This document shows positions 26,146 to 41,769 of a stretch of DNA of 64,000 bases, piece after piece. The notes beneath the pieces were generated by a model, which saw only the letters and a program-made list of their open reading frames with translations, did no database searches and was not told the DNA's origin. The position numbers were made by a program, and so were the translations under genes. This DNA comes from Antechinus flavipes (Eukaryota): positions 201,872,001 to 201,936,000 of the forward strand of contig NC_067403.1 of assembly GCF_016432865.1 (NCBI RefSeq), in the 5' to 3' direction. Within the stretch, counting starts at the first letter, position 1, and the number at the start of each line of letters is the position of its first letter.

Positions 26146-27181
26146 GACTATAGAATTCAAGACTGAAGTCTGTAGTTCTGTATTAGTAATTCAGGGAAGG
26201 AAAATATCAATGTATGCTGGAGCAATCAGAAAAAGCCACACGGAAAGGGCCTCTTTGTTAATTTATGACAGAGTATGGATTGTTAATAGGGGGGAGAGAA
26301 GCTTCCTCATATTATCTTACCCAGTGGTTCAACTTTCCTTCTACAGAGCATTTAAGGAGAGCTTGGCAAGTACAAGAATGAATTGGTTTTGATTTTGTCT
26401 CTCTCCCTGGTCAGCCCTGGGTTGTTAGAATGGAATAAAAGGTGGACACTAGTCACCCAAAAGTTGTCCTGTGGGTAAGGGGGAAGCCTGACAACCAGAC
26501 TATCACTAATTCTCTTAGCAAAGTGGTAGCTCAACTTACTCCTCTGTAACACGAGGGGCCTGGGCTAATGCAGAGCCTTTTTTGTGTGCTGGTCTCTGGG
26601 AAGTCTGGTGAATCCTATAGATTCCTACATATTGTAGCCTACATTCACAACTGAAGGAAATGCTGAATTTTAGTGATTAATGAAAATAAAGATGTAATTT
26701 GTTGTTTCATCTAAGTTCATGGACCCTCTGAAAGCTACATGGAGCTGGGTTTAGAACCTGTGAGAGATGTTCCTGGGAACCCAAGGGGTAGGTTGGGGGA
26801 ATGTGGGGTCCCTACCAGAAGTCATCCCTAGTTCCATCCTTCCCTCCCCGTTATCCTTAAGCCAGGAAGCCAGTGAGGATTTTTTCATGGGCCTTGTTCT
26901 GGATGAGAACTGTGAGAGATATGAATCAAGCAGCTTTCATGTTCTACATTATGGATCATCGGGAGTTGTCCTTGTATTACCTATCACACATACCATGATC
27001 CGTGAAGCCCCTTTTTTGTACAGGCTGCATGGGTTTGGAAAAGTCATCCGGGAGACTTGCATGTGTCATGAATTGCACACAAATCACCAACGGCATGTTG
27101 CATGCATGTCAGAGAGAACGTCACGGCTAACCAGCAGGTTTGGGTTGCCTTATGAATGGAGCTATACCGTCTCTTACTTAG

Positions 27182-27418
<237 letters not shown>

Positions 27419-27849
27419 TGAAGATTTGGGGAGGGGGGGGAAGAAGGAACTTGATGAAGCTGGGTGGGTAAATGGAAGATCTGGGAGTATGATAGCTGGG
27501 GAAGATTCCGGGGGCAAGAGGTACTAAGGAAGTATGAGTTTCAGTGTTGGCTTATATCGCAGAATGGCAAATTTCTGGAGATTGTGAACTTCAGGAGAAC
27601 AGCCAAGTGGGAAACAATGGACCTTAGAGCTAGAAGTGATCTCAAATTTTCTTTTATTTGTTATGTAAAGATATTTTTTTATGTCCCCATTACACTGAAC
27701 TTTAACTTAAGCTATTTGAAGGCAGGATGTCATTTTTTTCATTTTTTGTGTTCTTATGTAGTTTGGACATGTTAGACCACTGACTATTGTGGAATTGGAT
27801 AGTTGTTTTTAGACCTTTTCTTTTTTCAGATGGGAAAATAGGGACTTGG

Positions 27850-28660
27850 AGCAATGGATCAATCAATAAACATTTATTAAATTATGTATCAGGATCTATG
27901 CTAAATCCTGAGGATACAAAGAAAAAGCAAAAACAGTTCCTTTCTCTCAAGGAGTTTACATTCTAAGGGATGAATGAATGGGGACAACATACGCAAGCCA
28001 GAATATACAAGATAAATAGGGAATGGATGGTAGGGAAGGCACTAGCAGGTTGGGTTTGGGGGAACAGAGAAGGACCAGGAAAGACGTCCTCAAGGATGTG
28101 GCATTTAAACTGAACTGCCATAAAGGTGCAGAAACAGAAAATGAGAATATTATGTAGAAAAGCAAGGAGGCCTGTGTCATTGGATCAGAGTGTGTGTGGA
28201 AGGGAATTTTAGAACTTTAGAAAGGAAGAACTTTAAATGAGGAAAGATTTTCTATTTGCTCCTGGAGGTAATTGGGAGCCTTTGGAGTTTATCAAATGTG
28301 GGTAGTGGGAGGGCTGATATGCTCAGACTTATATTAGGGAAAATGTCTTTGAGGGTTGAATTAGAGGATGAACTGGAGTGGAGAGAAACTTAAGGTTTGA
28401 GGAAAAGGTAGGAGGTTATTGTAGTAGTCCGTCAAAGATAGGATGGAGGTCCACACTATCGTGGTGGCTGTGAGAGTGGAGGAAAGAGCACAAATAAGGG
28501 AAAAGAAGAGAGAGAAGTGACAATATATAGCAGTTGTTTGGATATGTGGAGTGAATAAGAGAGGTGACAATGCTTTAGACAGCAAAAGGGAAGTTCAGAA
28601 GAGGTGAGAGTTTTAGAGGAAAGATAATGAGTTTTGATTTGGACTTGTTGACACATATTC
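27850..28660 (-). mobile_element. L2 LINE 3' relic
   Basis: aatcaataaacatttatt...gatacaaagaaaaagcaaaaacagttcc...gataatgagttttgatttggac. Confidence 0.7.
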
Positions 28661-30414
28661 TCTTAGCCAGTCCTGGTACCCAGGTCTTTTCACTTCTCTA
28701 CCCCAATAATCCACTGCCTGGAACTGCCTTGGAGGGTGGGTCCATCTTGCATCCTCATGTCTCTTGCACAATCACTTGGACTTTGTAAGATTCAGTCCAA
28801 TTCAACAAATATCGAGTTGGCACTTATTGTTTGCAAAGGTCTGTAAAATCTGGTTTCAGGAGTTCACAGCCTAGTGAGGATGGGACAGAGGATGTGGGAT
28901 TTGGACTGACTTGACTAATACAGAGCAGAAAGTGTAAAGATGGTTAAGAGAGCTAGGAAGATGGACTTCAGTTTGCATGGGTACCACCCTGAGTCACAAT
29001 CATACTAGGATTTATGCTCTGTCGTATTCAGATTTTATACAATTCAGCAAATATTTATTGACCACTCCTGAGTACCCAAGACTGTGCCATTCTTTGTGAG
29101 ACTATTCTTTGCAGAGAAGGAATCAGCTTGTATAGATGCAAGGAACTTCCTTTTCTGAAAGCTCCCTATCACAGGTCCAATTTTTATCTTTACTTTGTGT
29201 CAACCATAATTTCATTACATTATTTTTGGATTAGAAGTTGGTGATGAAATCTTTGAAATAGACAACTCATGGCAATAAACCCAAACAGTCCCAGCTCTAT
29301 ACCAGAGCTTCCTCCCTTATAACAGTCCTAGCAGATGTGTGGGAGTGGGGGATGACATAGAGACAAAAATGACAAAATAACCCTCAGTGTTATGTAATCC
29401 CTTCTGTTTTTTGAGTGATGGCGGTAGACTGGTAGAAAAAGAGGCAGAAAATGTGAAGAATTTCAGTTTTAATTTTGATCTTGGTATTCTAAATACTTAT
29501 GAGATACTTGTTTAACGACCAGGATGTGTGTCTGTACAATTATAGGAACATTCTTGCTGTAAATGACACCAGAAAACATAAGAAAGTTGCAGCTAAAATA
29601 AAAGATCCTCAGTTTTTCTTGGAGAAGCAAATAAAGAAGTGAGCAGGTTTGGTGCCATTATGTGCTATAAGTCAGCAAGAAATTTCATTTCCATTTCAAC
29701 ATACATTTATTGAATGTCTATTATTATATGTAAGGTGTTTGGGATTCAAAGCTCAAAATGAAGAATCCCTTGCCTTTAAGAAACTTCCATTCTAATGTGG
29801 GTAGGACTAGTGTTAGGGGTGGTGCATTGTGGATGGGACTTAGAATGTACACAGGTTCCAGCTGATGAGAAAAGAGAAGGTTCTAGGGAACTACTAGAAA
29901 TAAAGGTATATTTCTTTTCTTTTTTACAAAAATTATTCTTTATTATAGCTTTTTATTTACAAGATATATGCATGGGTAATTTTTCAGCATTGACCCTCGC
30001 AAAACTTTCTGTTTAAGGGAAGATTTCTTGTAGGAAGTAGCATCTGCTCTTCCTTGAAGGATTTTAGGGATTCTGAGAGATAAAAAAAAGAGTCAATTCC
30101 AGGCATGGGGAACAAACAGCCTTTGAAGAGACACAGAGATAATCCAGGGAGTGTCAGCTTCAGGAACCAGATAATAAGTAAATTGGGCTGGGACTGTAGA
30201 CTTTAGGAAGAATAGCTCCTGGAATATTCTGTTGTTGATTAGTTTCTGTCATGACCCATGCTTCACGATTCCATTTAAGATTTTATTGGCAAAGATACTA
30301 GAGTGGTTTGCCATTTCCTTCTCCAGTTCACTTTATAGATGAGGAAACTGAGGCAAACAGGATAAAGTGACTTGCCTAGATTCTCCTGACTCCAAGGCTG
30401 GCACTCTTTCCACT

Positions 30415-30672
30415 TTTTTTTTTTATTATAGCTTTTTATTTACAAGATATATGCATGGGTAATTTTACAGCATTGACAGTTGCCAAACCTTTTGTTCCAA
30501 TTTTTCCCCTCCTTTCCCCCATTCTCTCCCCCAGATGGCAGGTTGACCAATACATGTTAAATATGTTAAAGTATAGTCAATATATGTATACATGTCCATA
30601 CAGTTATTTTGCTGTATAAAAAGAATTGGACTTTGAAATAGTATACAATTATCCTGTGAAGAAAATCAAAAG
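30415..30672 (-). mobile_element. L1 3' end nested in a MAR1-type SINE
   Basis: TSD tggcactctttccact/tggcactctttctact at 30399-30414 and 30673-30688. Confidence 0.88.
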
Positions 30673-31289
30673 TGGCACTCTTTCTACTATGCCACCTAGA
30701 TGCTTTGTCTGGCATATAGAAAGCACTTAATAAATTCTAGTTGGCTGACTGATTAATATAAAATTCCTGGAAAGGTAGATGAGCTAGATTCATTGGGTTA
30801 AGGTGGTTTTATATTACCCTGGAAGTAAGAGGAAGATTAAAAAAAAATTATTTATGGATTTAATGTAAACACAATCAAAATTCATGCTGATTTCTACATA
30901 TTATTCAATAAAATTATAAGAACATTTAAATGAAAATAATAGATAATTGTGCTAAGGGGTACTCATGATAAAATTTTTATAGGATAAATATATTATTAGT
31001 CCATAAATGTGTTTATAGAATATCTGATAGTAAGTTATTGAAAAGGATCAAGAAAATAAAAATAATCAACAGAATAAATACATAAAAAGATTAATCTTTT
31101 CTTAAACATATCTTTTACAGTAAGACTCACATCAGAACTCACATTGAGTAATATAAGAACTTCATAACATCTTAAGTCAGATCCTTTCTCAATCCAGTCA
31201 TTCTCCATATAATACCTAAAGCAGAGGTTACTAAGAGGAAGATTTTTTTTTTTTAAATAAGGTGATATGACAACACCTCTCTCTTTAGA

Positions 31290-31700
31290 ATATTGGTTTG
31301 GGAGATGAATGAAGGAGGATAATTTGGAAAAGGGAGCGATTGTTGGACAGGAAGGAAGTAGGAAGAACAGGAAAAGTCAGCCTCTGTGGGTTCTGAAAGT
31401 GCCAGAAGTACTTATAGAGGATAATCATTGGGTCCCCGGGGACTTTTCCAGGAGCATAAGGAAGATCTGCAGAAAGTGGAAAACGGTGTTTGCAAAGATA
31501 AGAAGCATGGTCCTTGAACACAGAATTCTTTATCCAGAGAACCTTAGCATGATCAATGAAGACAAGAAATGAATATTTGAGAAGCAAGTAGCCTTTGAAA
31601 AGTTTATAGAAAAATATCCACTTCAAAGAGGTCTTTGAACTCGAAAGCTTCTTATCCCAAAAGATAGACATTTAAAGTAATCAAGATAAAGCAGTTGCTT
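31290..31700 (+). mobile_element. L1/HAL1-like ORF1 relic
   Basis: Translation KWKTVFAKIRSMVLEHRILYPENLSMI resembles the L1 ORF1p C-terminal domain (W..IF......PRI.YPAKLS). Confidence 0.6.
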
Positions 31701-34228
31701 AAAAAAAGACGGAATCATTGAAGGTTCAGAATTGTGTTGCAGAGAAATGAATTAATCTAAGATAGTAAAGAGAAAAAGTCCCCAGCAAACCAAGAGAGAG
31801 AAGAGAGTGCAAAGAAGGCTAAACCCCAAATGAAGCCCTGATCTTGATAAAGGGAAAGGATAAAAACCTTATCCTTTTTGTGGCCCGATTTGGGGTTTCC
31901 TTAGCAAAGATGTGTTTGCCATTTCATTCTCCAGCTCATTTTACAGATGGGAAAACTGTGGCTTCTCCAGGGACACAGCTAAGAAGTGTCTGAAGTTAGA
32001 TTTGAACTCAGGAAGATGAGTCTCGTTGATTCTAAGCCCAGTGCTTTATCCCTGTACCATCCAATTGCTTCAAGCAAAAATAGTTTTGTTTTTTTTTTTA
32101 ATATCTGTGGTTTTATTTAAAACACCTCTTTAAAAAATTTTAATAATATTTTATTTTTTTCAAATATATGCAAAAGTAGTTTACAACAAATTCACTTTTG
32201 CAAAACTTTGTGTTCCAAATTTTTCTCTCTCTTCTCCCCCCTACCCCTCCACAAAACAGCAAGCAATCTAATATAGTTTAAACATGTCACACAACATATA
32301 GCAATGCAATTGAATAAAATAAAAAAATTTTAAAGTGTATTATGCTGCTCTAAAAGGTCAGGGAATTGCACATCTATTTTGAAAGTCTGAGATTTAATCA
32401 AATCTCTATTTCCAGCTTGCACACACCTCCTTGATCCTGAATAAATAAGATTTGCTAAAAGTCCAGAACTGTGGTATATAGTAAATGGAATCTACAGAAA
32501 TTGGTGTTTTTTTTTTTGTTTTGTTTTTTTAGTGCTTCTGAATCAGAGCCAAAGAACAGCCAGATAAGTTTTTTAATGGATATTTTCCATATCTTTCCAT
32601 TTGTGTGTAATCTTACCCTCTGCTGATGTTCTACTTGACTGAAAGATGGCATGATGTAGTGGAAAGAGCCTTGAGCTTAAATTTAGGAAAGGCATGGATT
32701 CAAATCCTGCCTTTGATGTTAGTTATTTAGCCAAACACAGTATCCAAGGGCTGGTGGATGGAAGACAGAAACTCAGAGAGGCAGGCCGAACAAGACAAAG
32801 TCCTCCTCTCCCAACAGGCAGAGGTTCCAAGGCAAGCGCAGATTCCTTGTCTCTTATTCTTTTGCGGAGAGTTTTTTTGGGGTGGGGATACCTCAGGAGC
32901 CCCAGCATAGTACTGTACAGTAACAACCTGTTGAAACAGCTTAGATGTTTTTTGGGAATTTGAATCCCTTTCAAAATTCTTTAACCTAAAGTCAAATTTG
33001 CAATGCAGATTTATATAAAATCAGAATTATCTGTACATATTTCATTCTTCCCTATAATTCACCTACCAGGAGTGTGTTTCATTATTAGTCATCATCGGTC
33101 CATCATTAGCCATTCTGAATTGTCTTTACAATATTGTTGTCATTCCATAGAAATTGTTCTTCTGGTTCTGCTCACTCCACTCTGAAACTGACTCTTTCAC
33201 CATTTCTTAAAGCACAATAGTATTCCATCACATTCATGAACCCTGACTTGTTTGGCTTGTTTGACTATTCCCAAACTGATGGGCAACCTCTTGGATTTCA
33301 CATCCTCGCCCTCTCAAAAAGAGCTGCCAGAAATATTGTTGCACATCCTTAAGAGTATGCTTTCCTCAGTTTTAATCTCTCCTTTAACTGACTCTCCTTC
33401 TAATTTCATCTTTCCCATTCTTGAGGGAAATGAATTTCTGTACCCAACTGTGTGTGTATATATTCTTTCTCCTCTATTTGTTCTTCCTCTACTCATATAG
33501 TCTGCTCACATCCCTTTCCATCCACCTTTTCTCCCTAGCCTCCTCCTCCCATCCCCATCATTGAGAATGAAAAAAAAAATCACAAATATATATAGTCAAG
33601 CAAAGCAAATTTTTGCATTGGTCATTGTATCCATATATACACATATATGTATATTAAGTGTATGTGTCCAGGCAAAAGAAGCTACCTAAAGTTTCTTTAA
33701 CATAATGCTTAGATTTGGCCACTAACTTTCTGTGTAATCCTGAGCTAGTCATTTAATTCAGTTTCTGACAAATGTCTATTAAGTAGTCAATATGTGCAAG
33801 GAATTTAATCTTTCCAGAGCTCAGTTTTCCTCATCTTTATAATGGTGAATGGATATTGACCGAATGAATATCCACAATAGAAAGAGATGAGTTTTGTCCA
33901 GATCCCACTCTTCACAGACGCTCTGTCTGCTTCTTGGTACTGTTAAGAGTAGGTGAAACAGTAATGGGGATACTGAGTCTATTTTTGTACTTTTGGTCCT
34001 TAACAGAATGCCTGCATACAGTCAGTATTTACTAAATGCTTATTGGACTGAGGAACTGTGACTGATGGTCATCATGTTGATGGTGCCATGAGTGGCAGAA
34101 AATTATATGGAAATTACTGTTTTTCTGATTATCCTCTTTTGGAGGGGGGAAGCAGGGGAAGGTAATTGAGGTTAGTATCTTGTCCAGCTAGTAATTATCC
34201 TCTAAATTCTTTTTAAAAGAAGATATCA

Positions 34229-34380
34229 GGGGCAGCTAGATTCTGTAGTGGATAGAGTACCAGCCCTGGAGTCAGGAGGATCTGAGTTCAAATCTGACCT
34301 CAGACACTTAACACTTCTTAGCTGTGACCTGGGCAAGTCACTTAACCCCACTTGCCTCAGCAAAAAAAGAAAAAAAAAAG
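34229..34380 (+). mobile_element. WSINE1-type SINE
   Basis: ggggcagctagattc...ccccacttgcctcagc plus A-tail. Confidence 0.9.
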
Positions 34381-34636
34381 AGGGCATCATAAAACATCTG
34401 ACTGATAATTGCATAGAGAATCATCCAGATGAGGTTGGATCAATATTTTTTGAATTGAATTGTCCCAGAAGTGATATCTGCAGTTCTCCATTGAGAGATG
34501 TGTTGATGTGTCCTAGGGACAAAACCCTCCCCACCATGTTTTTCTTGGCTATGACATGCCCCATGTTGACAACAAATGGCTGGTGATAGTCTTCCCTATG
34601 ACCCAATGACAATGTGACCTTTTTTCTTTTTTTTAG

Positions 34637-34816
<180 letters not shown>

Positions 34817-35909
34817 TGATTTCATATGTCCAATGGGTGCCATATTACTTGAATTCTCAATGGGTAGGATGGGGTAAGAAGGAGGGAGAGAATTTGGAAC
34901 TCTGTTGTGGGGATCAAGCAAGGTTATAGATTTTCATGATTTTCTCTAGATAAAAATACCAGCTTCTATTATTCTCTTATTAATTATTATCGTTATTATG
35001 GTAGGGGAGTTGCCACCTCTCTAGCTAAACTTTTAGGTAGCTGCAGTTTTAGGAAGTTCTTCCTAATTTAAATCTGCCTTTCCCCAATTGATTAAAGATT
35101 TTGAATTCTAATTTTCAAGTGGTGATTAATAGTCTGTGTTTCCTCTTTTAGAAATTATCCATATTCTTTGTTATTTGTCCACTGAGAGGCATGAAAGTAC
35201 CTGGACAAGAAGAGGGAATGTTTGTTTATTCCATTGGTATATTTGTGTCAGAGCAATATGTTCTTGCGTCATGTTAGATCTCTTAGAGATATTTAACCAG
35301 AAGGACTTTTCTTTCTTTCTTTCTTTCTTTTTAAAAAAAGATTTTCTTGGTATTTAAAAAAATTGAATTCACTTTCTCATGACTCTTTATTTCCTGCAAC
35401 ATTCCTACTCATTCATCTTTTTCATTTCTCTGTGGACACTGCTCTCTCGAAGGTTAGATCAGAGACCTTTTGATCAGCAAACGTAATGACTGCTTCTCTG
35501 TCCTTGTCCTTCTTGACTTCTCCTAACATTTGAAAAGATTGATCATCTTGTTGAAAACCATCTTTGCTTGTATTTGGAAAAATCAAATACTATTAGAAGG
35601 TTTTAAAAAAAAGATTGATCACCTCCCTTTCTCAGGATCTCGCTCTCCTTCCTTGGCGCTCAGTGTTCTACTTTTAAGGTCATTTCTCCCTCCTTACCTC
35701 CCCCCCACCCCTTTTGCTATCCACAAAAATTTCTCCCTAATCTGTTTTATTTTTTTAAATTTTGGATATCTTTGTTTTTTTGTGGTTGTTTTGCAAAATT
35801 CCTTTATTCTTACATAATTGAGTCAGTTATTAATATTACAATTAATTATGTAAATGTAAAGCATATTACATAATTATTTACATAATTGAGTCCATTAATT
35901 TTGGTTCCA

Positions 35910-36150
35910 GGACAGTTAGATGGTGCAGTGTACAAACCGTTGGGCCTGGATTCAGGAAGATTCATCCTCCTGAATTCAAATCCAGCCTTAGGCACTTAGC
36001 TGGAGACCAGCGAGTCACTTAATCCTGTTTGCCTCAGTTTCCTCAAATGTAAAATGAACTGGAGAAGGAAATGGCCAACCCCTCCAATCTCTTTGCCAAG
36101 AAAACCCCAATAGAGTCACAAAGAATTGGACACAACTAAACATCAACAAT
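35910..36150 (+). mobile_element. MAR1-type SINE
   Basis: CORE head plus ccaagaaaaccccaatagagtcacaaagaattggacac, with near-TSD aattttggttcca/aattttgtttcca. Confidence 0.85.
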
Positions 36151-37989
36151 AAATTTTGTTTCCAAAATAAAATCCTTCCATTTGTTCAGTAAACCTTTTT
36201 CTTTTCCTTTGAACTCAGTTCAATTTCTTTTAGTTTCTTATAACTCTTCAACTTTGAAAAATATTTAAATAATTGATCCATTTGGAATTTATTGTTGTGA
36301 AGGGCAGGTCAGTCAATAAACACTTAATACTGTTTCATATTATGCTATATTATAGAATGATACATAATATAACATATTATACTATGTTCCAGACACTGTA
36401 CTAAGCACTGGGAATACTAATATGAAAAAAGAAGACAGTTCCTGCCCTCAAGGAATTTAAAATCTAATGGGGGAAGAGAAGCACCCAAAAGGAAGCTGAA
36501 AAGGCATAGGGGGAATTTAATTCTTTATTTTTTGTTATATTAATATCTAGTTATTCCAAAAGTTGCTATCAGTTCTGATTCCTTTCCTCGGTGTTTTATA
36601 ATGTTGAATTTAGCAAACATTAAAATTTTTTCATATATTTTGTTCTATTTCTGGATTTTCTATTTAGCTCCATTGATTGTTTTTTCTCTTTTTAGTATTC
36701 ATTATTGGATAGTTTTCTTTATTTTTACTTTAGAATCTATTTTGAAATCTGCTTGAGCAATTCTACAATTTTTTTATGCTTTACTTTTATCTTCCTGTAA
36801 CTTGGTTTTTTCACATAAATTTTGCTATCATTTTATCTATATCTATAAAGCAATACATTGGTATTATGATTAGTATTGTACTAAATTGACTTTGTGAGTG
36901 GAAAGAATAATCATAGATGCCATCATGCTGATTATGTGAAGTCTCAGAATATGGGTAGGGAAAATTTTCAACTTGAGGTCCAGAGTCATACAAAAAGATT
37001 GGTTCAGCCTTCTACATGGGCAAAAAAAAAGGGAAAAAAGACTATCTATTCCCCAGATGATGAAAGTTTACATAATCCTCACAACAGTTCTGGGAAGGAG
37101 TTGCTACTATTATCCCCATTTTACAAATATTAATAATAATAACCAACATGACAGGAACTGTACTTACTGTGTATCAAGCACTGTGCTAAACCCTTTACAA
37201 TTCTCATCACATTTAGTCCTTATAACAATCCTAGGAGGAAGATACTATTACCATTTTACAGATAAGGAAACTGAGGCACAGATATATGTTTATATATACA
37301 CATATGTTTTATATATTTACAAAATATAAAAACATATTATAAATATAAAATATTATATACACATATGTATATTTATTTTAAATGGCTTGCCCAGAATCAC
37401 TCAGCTAGTGTCTGAAACAAGAGTTGAAAGTGAGTCTTCCTGACTAAAGTCCAATGCTTATCTACTTTGCTGCTCATTTTGGATTTATAAAAAAGTGAAT
37501 TCTTTTTCTTTTTCGATCAATCTACTCAACAAACATTTATCTTCAGATAAAGATTGGATTTTGTGGCCACTGAGGTCCCTTTCAACTCAGAAATTCTGTG
37601 ATTCTGCATCCAAGCGTATCTCCACTATCTTTTAAGTCATCAACAATTTTGATTTTTTTGGAGATTGTGGTGTTCTATGATTTGTAGCCATATGGCAGTC
37701 CTGAAAAATATAGGAATTAAATAGACAGGGTTTATGTGTCAGGAGGTGGCTTAGGATCATTGAAAATACTGCATAAATTCTCAAATGTTATCCAGCCCAT
37801 TTTCTTTCCACTGTGCTATTCTTTGCCTAGTTTTATTATCTTGTGCACATTATATCTTCTTCGCAGGTTAAGAATTAAACTCAATTCTTTCTTAAACTTT
37901 CTCAAAGATGAAAGTTAATTCATTCTTTCTCTCAGGAAAGAAATTCTCTTAGTCCTTTCTTTTTGTCCCTCCCACAGTCTGTCTTCAGC

Positions 37990-38700
37990 CATAATTGTTT
38001 AATCTTTCCAGATTAAACTATAACTTTCTGCCTGAAGATACAGTAACAATATCCAGAGTCTGTATGAGAAAGAATCTTGCCGAACTAGAGTAGTATAGTA
38101 TTAACCCCTTGGAGTCTACTCCAATGTCAGTTCCAAAGGCCGACTTTGAAGAATAACATTTTTTTTCTCCACATGAGTTCTTTGACCTTGTGGTTTTCAA
38201 CTACAATGCTTAAATGTGCTGGAAAACTGATTCTGGGATTTAAGACTTAGTTCCTATAACTTTTCTAGATACTTTGCTCCAACTGTTTTGGACATTTCTG
38301 TTTCCTGGAGGAAAACCCCATTGAGACCACAAGAGATGTTTTTGTTCCTTCTGGCAACTTCAAGGACTTTTTCTTTGTTGTTTTGAAGTCTGATGATGAA
38401 CAGACTAGGCTGGTTGAATTTTGAATTTCTCTGTTGGAATGCCATAGATTTGATTTGGAGAGTGTTGCTTTAGGGGGAAAAATAGTTTGGGGAAACATAC
38501 TTGTGCAAGTCTCTAGAAACTTTTTTTCCCTTTTATATTTTTCCAGGGCCTTCAGATCACTTCCCAATCTTTTTCCAAGTAGGTGCTTTTCTGAACTTGT
38601 TTTGTCTTTCTAGCTCTTTCTGTATCACTGTGTCTTCTACTATTTTAATCTTATTTTTAATGCCCAAATTATCTGTACTGTTTTCCATTTAACTGAATTT
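37990..38700 (-). mobile_element. L1/HAL1-like ORF1 relic
   Basis: Translation RLQNNKEKVLEVARRNK resembles the L1 ORF1p motif KEKILKAAR.K. Confidence 0.55.
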
Positions 38701-40446
38701 TGTAATCTCTTCTTGAGACTTTTTTTTTGGGGGGGGGGGCACTACATTCACTTCTTTTAATGTCTCTCTGGGTTTTTATTTGCTGGTTTTAGCACTTCCT
38801 TCAAAACCTTAAGTACATCTATGATCCCTTTGGTCAGTGCTTAACAGTGTTTGGTACATAATAAGAATTTCAGAAATCAAATTATCATTAGTTGCTTGAT
38901 TGTGTTTCTCAGGATTGTTGTTGTTGTTCAGTCCCTTCAATTATTTCCAATTCTTTTTTTGGAGTTTTCTTGACAGAGATACTGGAGTGGTCCTTCTCCA
39001 GCTCCTTTTACAGATAAGGAAATGGTTAAATGACTTATTTAGGGAACACAGCTAATAAGTGTCTGAGGATAGATTTGAACTCTGGTTCAACTGGTAGAAC
39101 TGATAGATGAATGTTCCTGAGTCTAGCCCACATATCCTATCCAACATTATGTTTTATACTGGAGTTTGTTTGTTTGTTTGTTTTTTGGTAGGTAACAGGG
39201 GTTAAGTGATTTGCTTAGAATTACACAGCTAGTAAGTGTCTGAAGCCAGATTTGAACTCAGGTTCTCCTGACTGCAGGACCACTGTGCCCCCTAACTGCC
39301 CCTGTTTTATGCTATTTCTGCAATTTCTACTTGCCTTTCTCTTTCATTTAATTAATTCCATAATATGCAAATGTAGCAGAAAAATCCTTTAAATTTAGAT
39401 TTTTCATTGTTCCTTTAGTTAGTTTTAATATTCTTGTGTGAATCTCTAACCATTTTGTTTCATTTTGGAGTTTTTGTTTTTATTTTTGAAGGGAATTGTG
39501 AGGTGCAGGTTCCCCTGTGATCTTTGATTTACATACTTCTAAAAGGCCATTCATTATTATATTAAGAAGAAATCTACTTAAGGGGTACTTTTCCCCTACT
39601 ACTTTCCTCTTCAATGTATATAGGACCATAAATACTTGAAAAATTATTTTGTTGCTTTGAAATGTTGTCCTCAGGCTAAACTACAGACTCCATTTCTTTT
39701 AACTGATATTCCTGTGGTACACAATCAAGTCCCCTTGCCATCCTCTGGATGTATCCCACATTATCAGTCTCCTTACCAAAATGTTTTGCTCAGAATTAGA
39801 CAACAGTCCAAAGACTGGCTGGCTGGGGGCAAGAGTTTGGCAGGGGGCTAGATAGCATAAATAGGATATAAGTTTCTTGAGGGGAAAGATTGTTTCATTT
39901 CTCTTTGTCTCCCCAGCACCAGCATCCAGCACAATGTTTAATACATGTTTGTTGGTTAATTTTTTGACTCTCTCTCCCTTTCACTCTGGATATCATACTT
40001 CTATTAATAGAGCTTGCTTTGAGTCTCTATTAATAGACACGGGCTACTGTGGCACACTTTGGACATATTAAGGATCCAATTCATTAAAGCCCCTGGTTCT
40101 TTAATTTTTGAATTATCATCTAACTCATTATCTTATTTATGCCACTTTTTAAAAGAACTCTTCATTTATCTAATAATTTCATTTTATTAAATTAGGTTCA
40201 CATTTTAGCCTCAAGATCTTTTAAAAACTATTTAATAAAATAAGTATTATTGAAGCATCTCTTGAGAAGTGCAAGCATTTAGACATATCAACAGCAAGAA
40301 AAGATTTTATTTTTCCAAATACATGTAAAGATAGTTCTTAATATTAATTTTTATAAAACTAACAAAAGATTTTTAAAAGAGCAAAGTAAAACCAAGGAGA
40401 GATTAATTGGATATATGTCTATCATTTTCTGTTATTTGCTGATTCT

Positions 40447-40629
40447 NNNNNNNNNNNNNNNNNNNNNNNNNNNNNNNNNNNNNNNNNNNNNNNNNNNNNN
40501 NNNNNNNNNNNNNNNNNNNNNNNNNNNNNNNNNNNNNNNNNNNNNNNNNNNNNNNNNNNNNNNNNNNNNNNNNNNNNNNNNNNNNNNNNNNNNNNNNNNN
40601 NNNNNNNNNNNNNNNNNNNNNNNNNNNNN
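40447..40629. other. Assembly gap (183 N)
   Basis: Run of N. Confidence 1.
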
Positions 40630-41095
40630 CAAGCCAGTTCTCCCATTTTTGAAATCCTTAAAAAAATCTTTTTTTGTCTATTCACTGTGGATTTGTGTGT
40701 GGTTCTTACCATGCTTAATTACCTATTTATTCTTAGTTTATTTCTTCCCTTCATATAAGTTAATTACTTCATACGAGTTATGTGCATCTCTTTTTATAGC
40801 AATGTTCTCATGTTTCTTTGAATTTTTGACATTTGTTATTTTCTATGACACAGTAATCTACAATATATAGTTTTTGTTTATAGCTTTGGGAGTTCAGGAG
40901 ACATATTACAAATAGTGCTGCTAGGAATATTTTTATATCCATAGTTCTTTTTTCTTCATCTGGGATCTCCTTTCTCTATAGTCCCAGGAGCGATTCCATT
41001 GGGTCAAAGGGTAGGACATTTGAATAATTCTTATTGTATAATTCCATACAGCTTTGCAGTAGTGAAATAGCATTCCTGTTTTACCACAGATACTG

Positions 41096-41359
41096 NNNNN
41101 NNNNNNNNNNNNNNNNNNNNNNNNNNNNNNNNNNNNNNNNNNNNNNNNNNNNNNNNNNNNNNNNNNNNNNNNNNNNNNNNNNNNNNNNNNNNNNNNNNNN
41201 NNNNNNNNNNNNNNNNNNNNNNNNNNNNNNNNNNNNNNNNNNNNNNNNNNNNNNNNNNNNNNNNNNNNNNNNNNNNNNNNNNNNNNNNNNNNNNNNNNNN
41301 NNNNNNNNNNNNNNNNNNNNNNNNNNNNNNNNNNNNNNNNNNNNNNNNNNNNNNNNNNN
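41096..41359. other. Assembly gap (264 N)
   Basis: Run of N. Confidence 1.
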
Positions 41360-41485
41360 TTGGGGTTAAGTGACTTGCCCAGGGTAACACAGCTAGGAAG
41401 TGTTAAGTGTCAAAGGTCAGATTTGAACTCAGGTCCTCCTGATTTCAGGGCTGGTGCTCTATCCATTGCACCACCTAGCTGCTCC
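41360..41485 (-). mobile_element. WSINE1-type SINE abutting an N gap
   Basis: tggggttaagtgacttgcccagggtaac...ccacctagctgctccc. Confidence 0.88.
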
Positions 41486-41769
41486 CTTCATAACATTTCT
41501 TTGGTTTATCAACCCAATAACTTAGCCAAAAGATTAGGTCTAGAATGGCATGTTTTCCCAGGATGGGAATCACAAAATCTCAGTATAAAATATTATAAGA
41601 TCATTGAGTCCAACCTGACCAAGAATGAATGTCCTATGGCATATTCTGTGGGCCTTGCTTCAAGATTGCTAAGGAGAGGGAGTACATTTCTGATATCTGA
41701 AGATGGGGCAAATATAGGAGATGCTTGCAAAAAAAAATCCCACTACCTCCTCAAAAAAGAGAAAATACT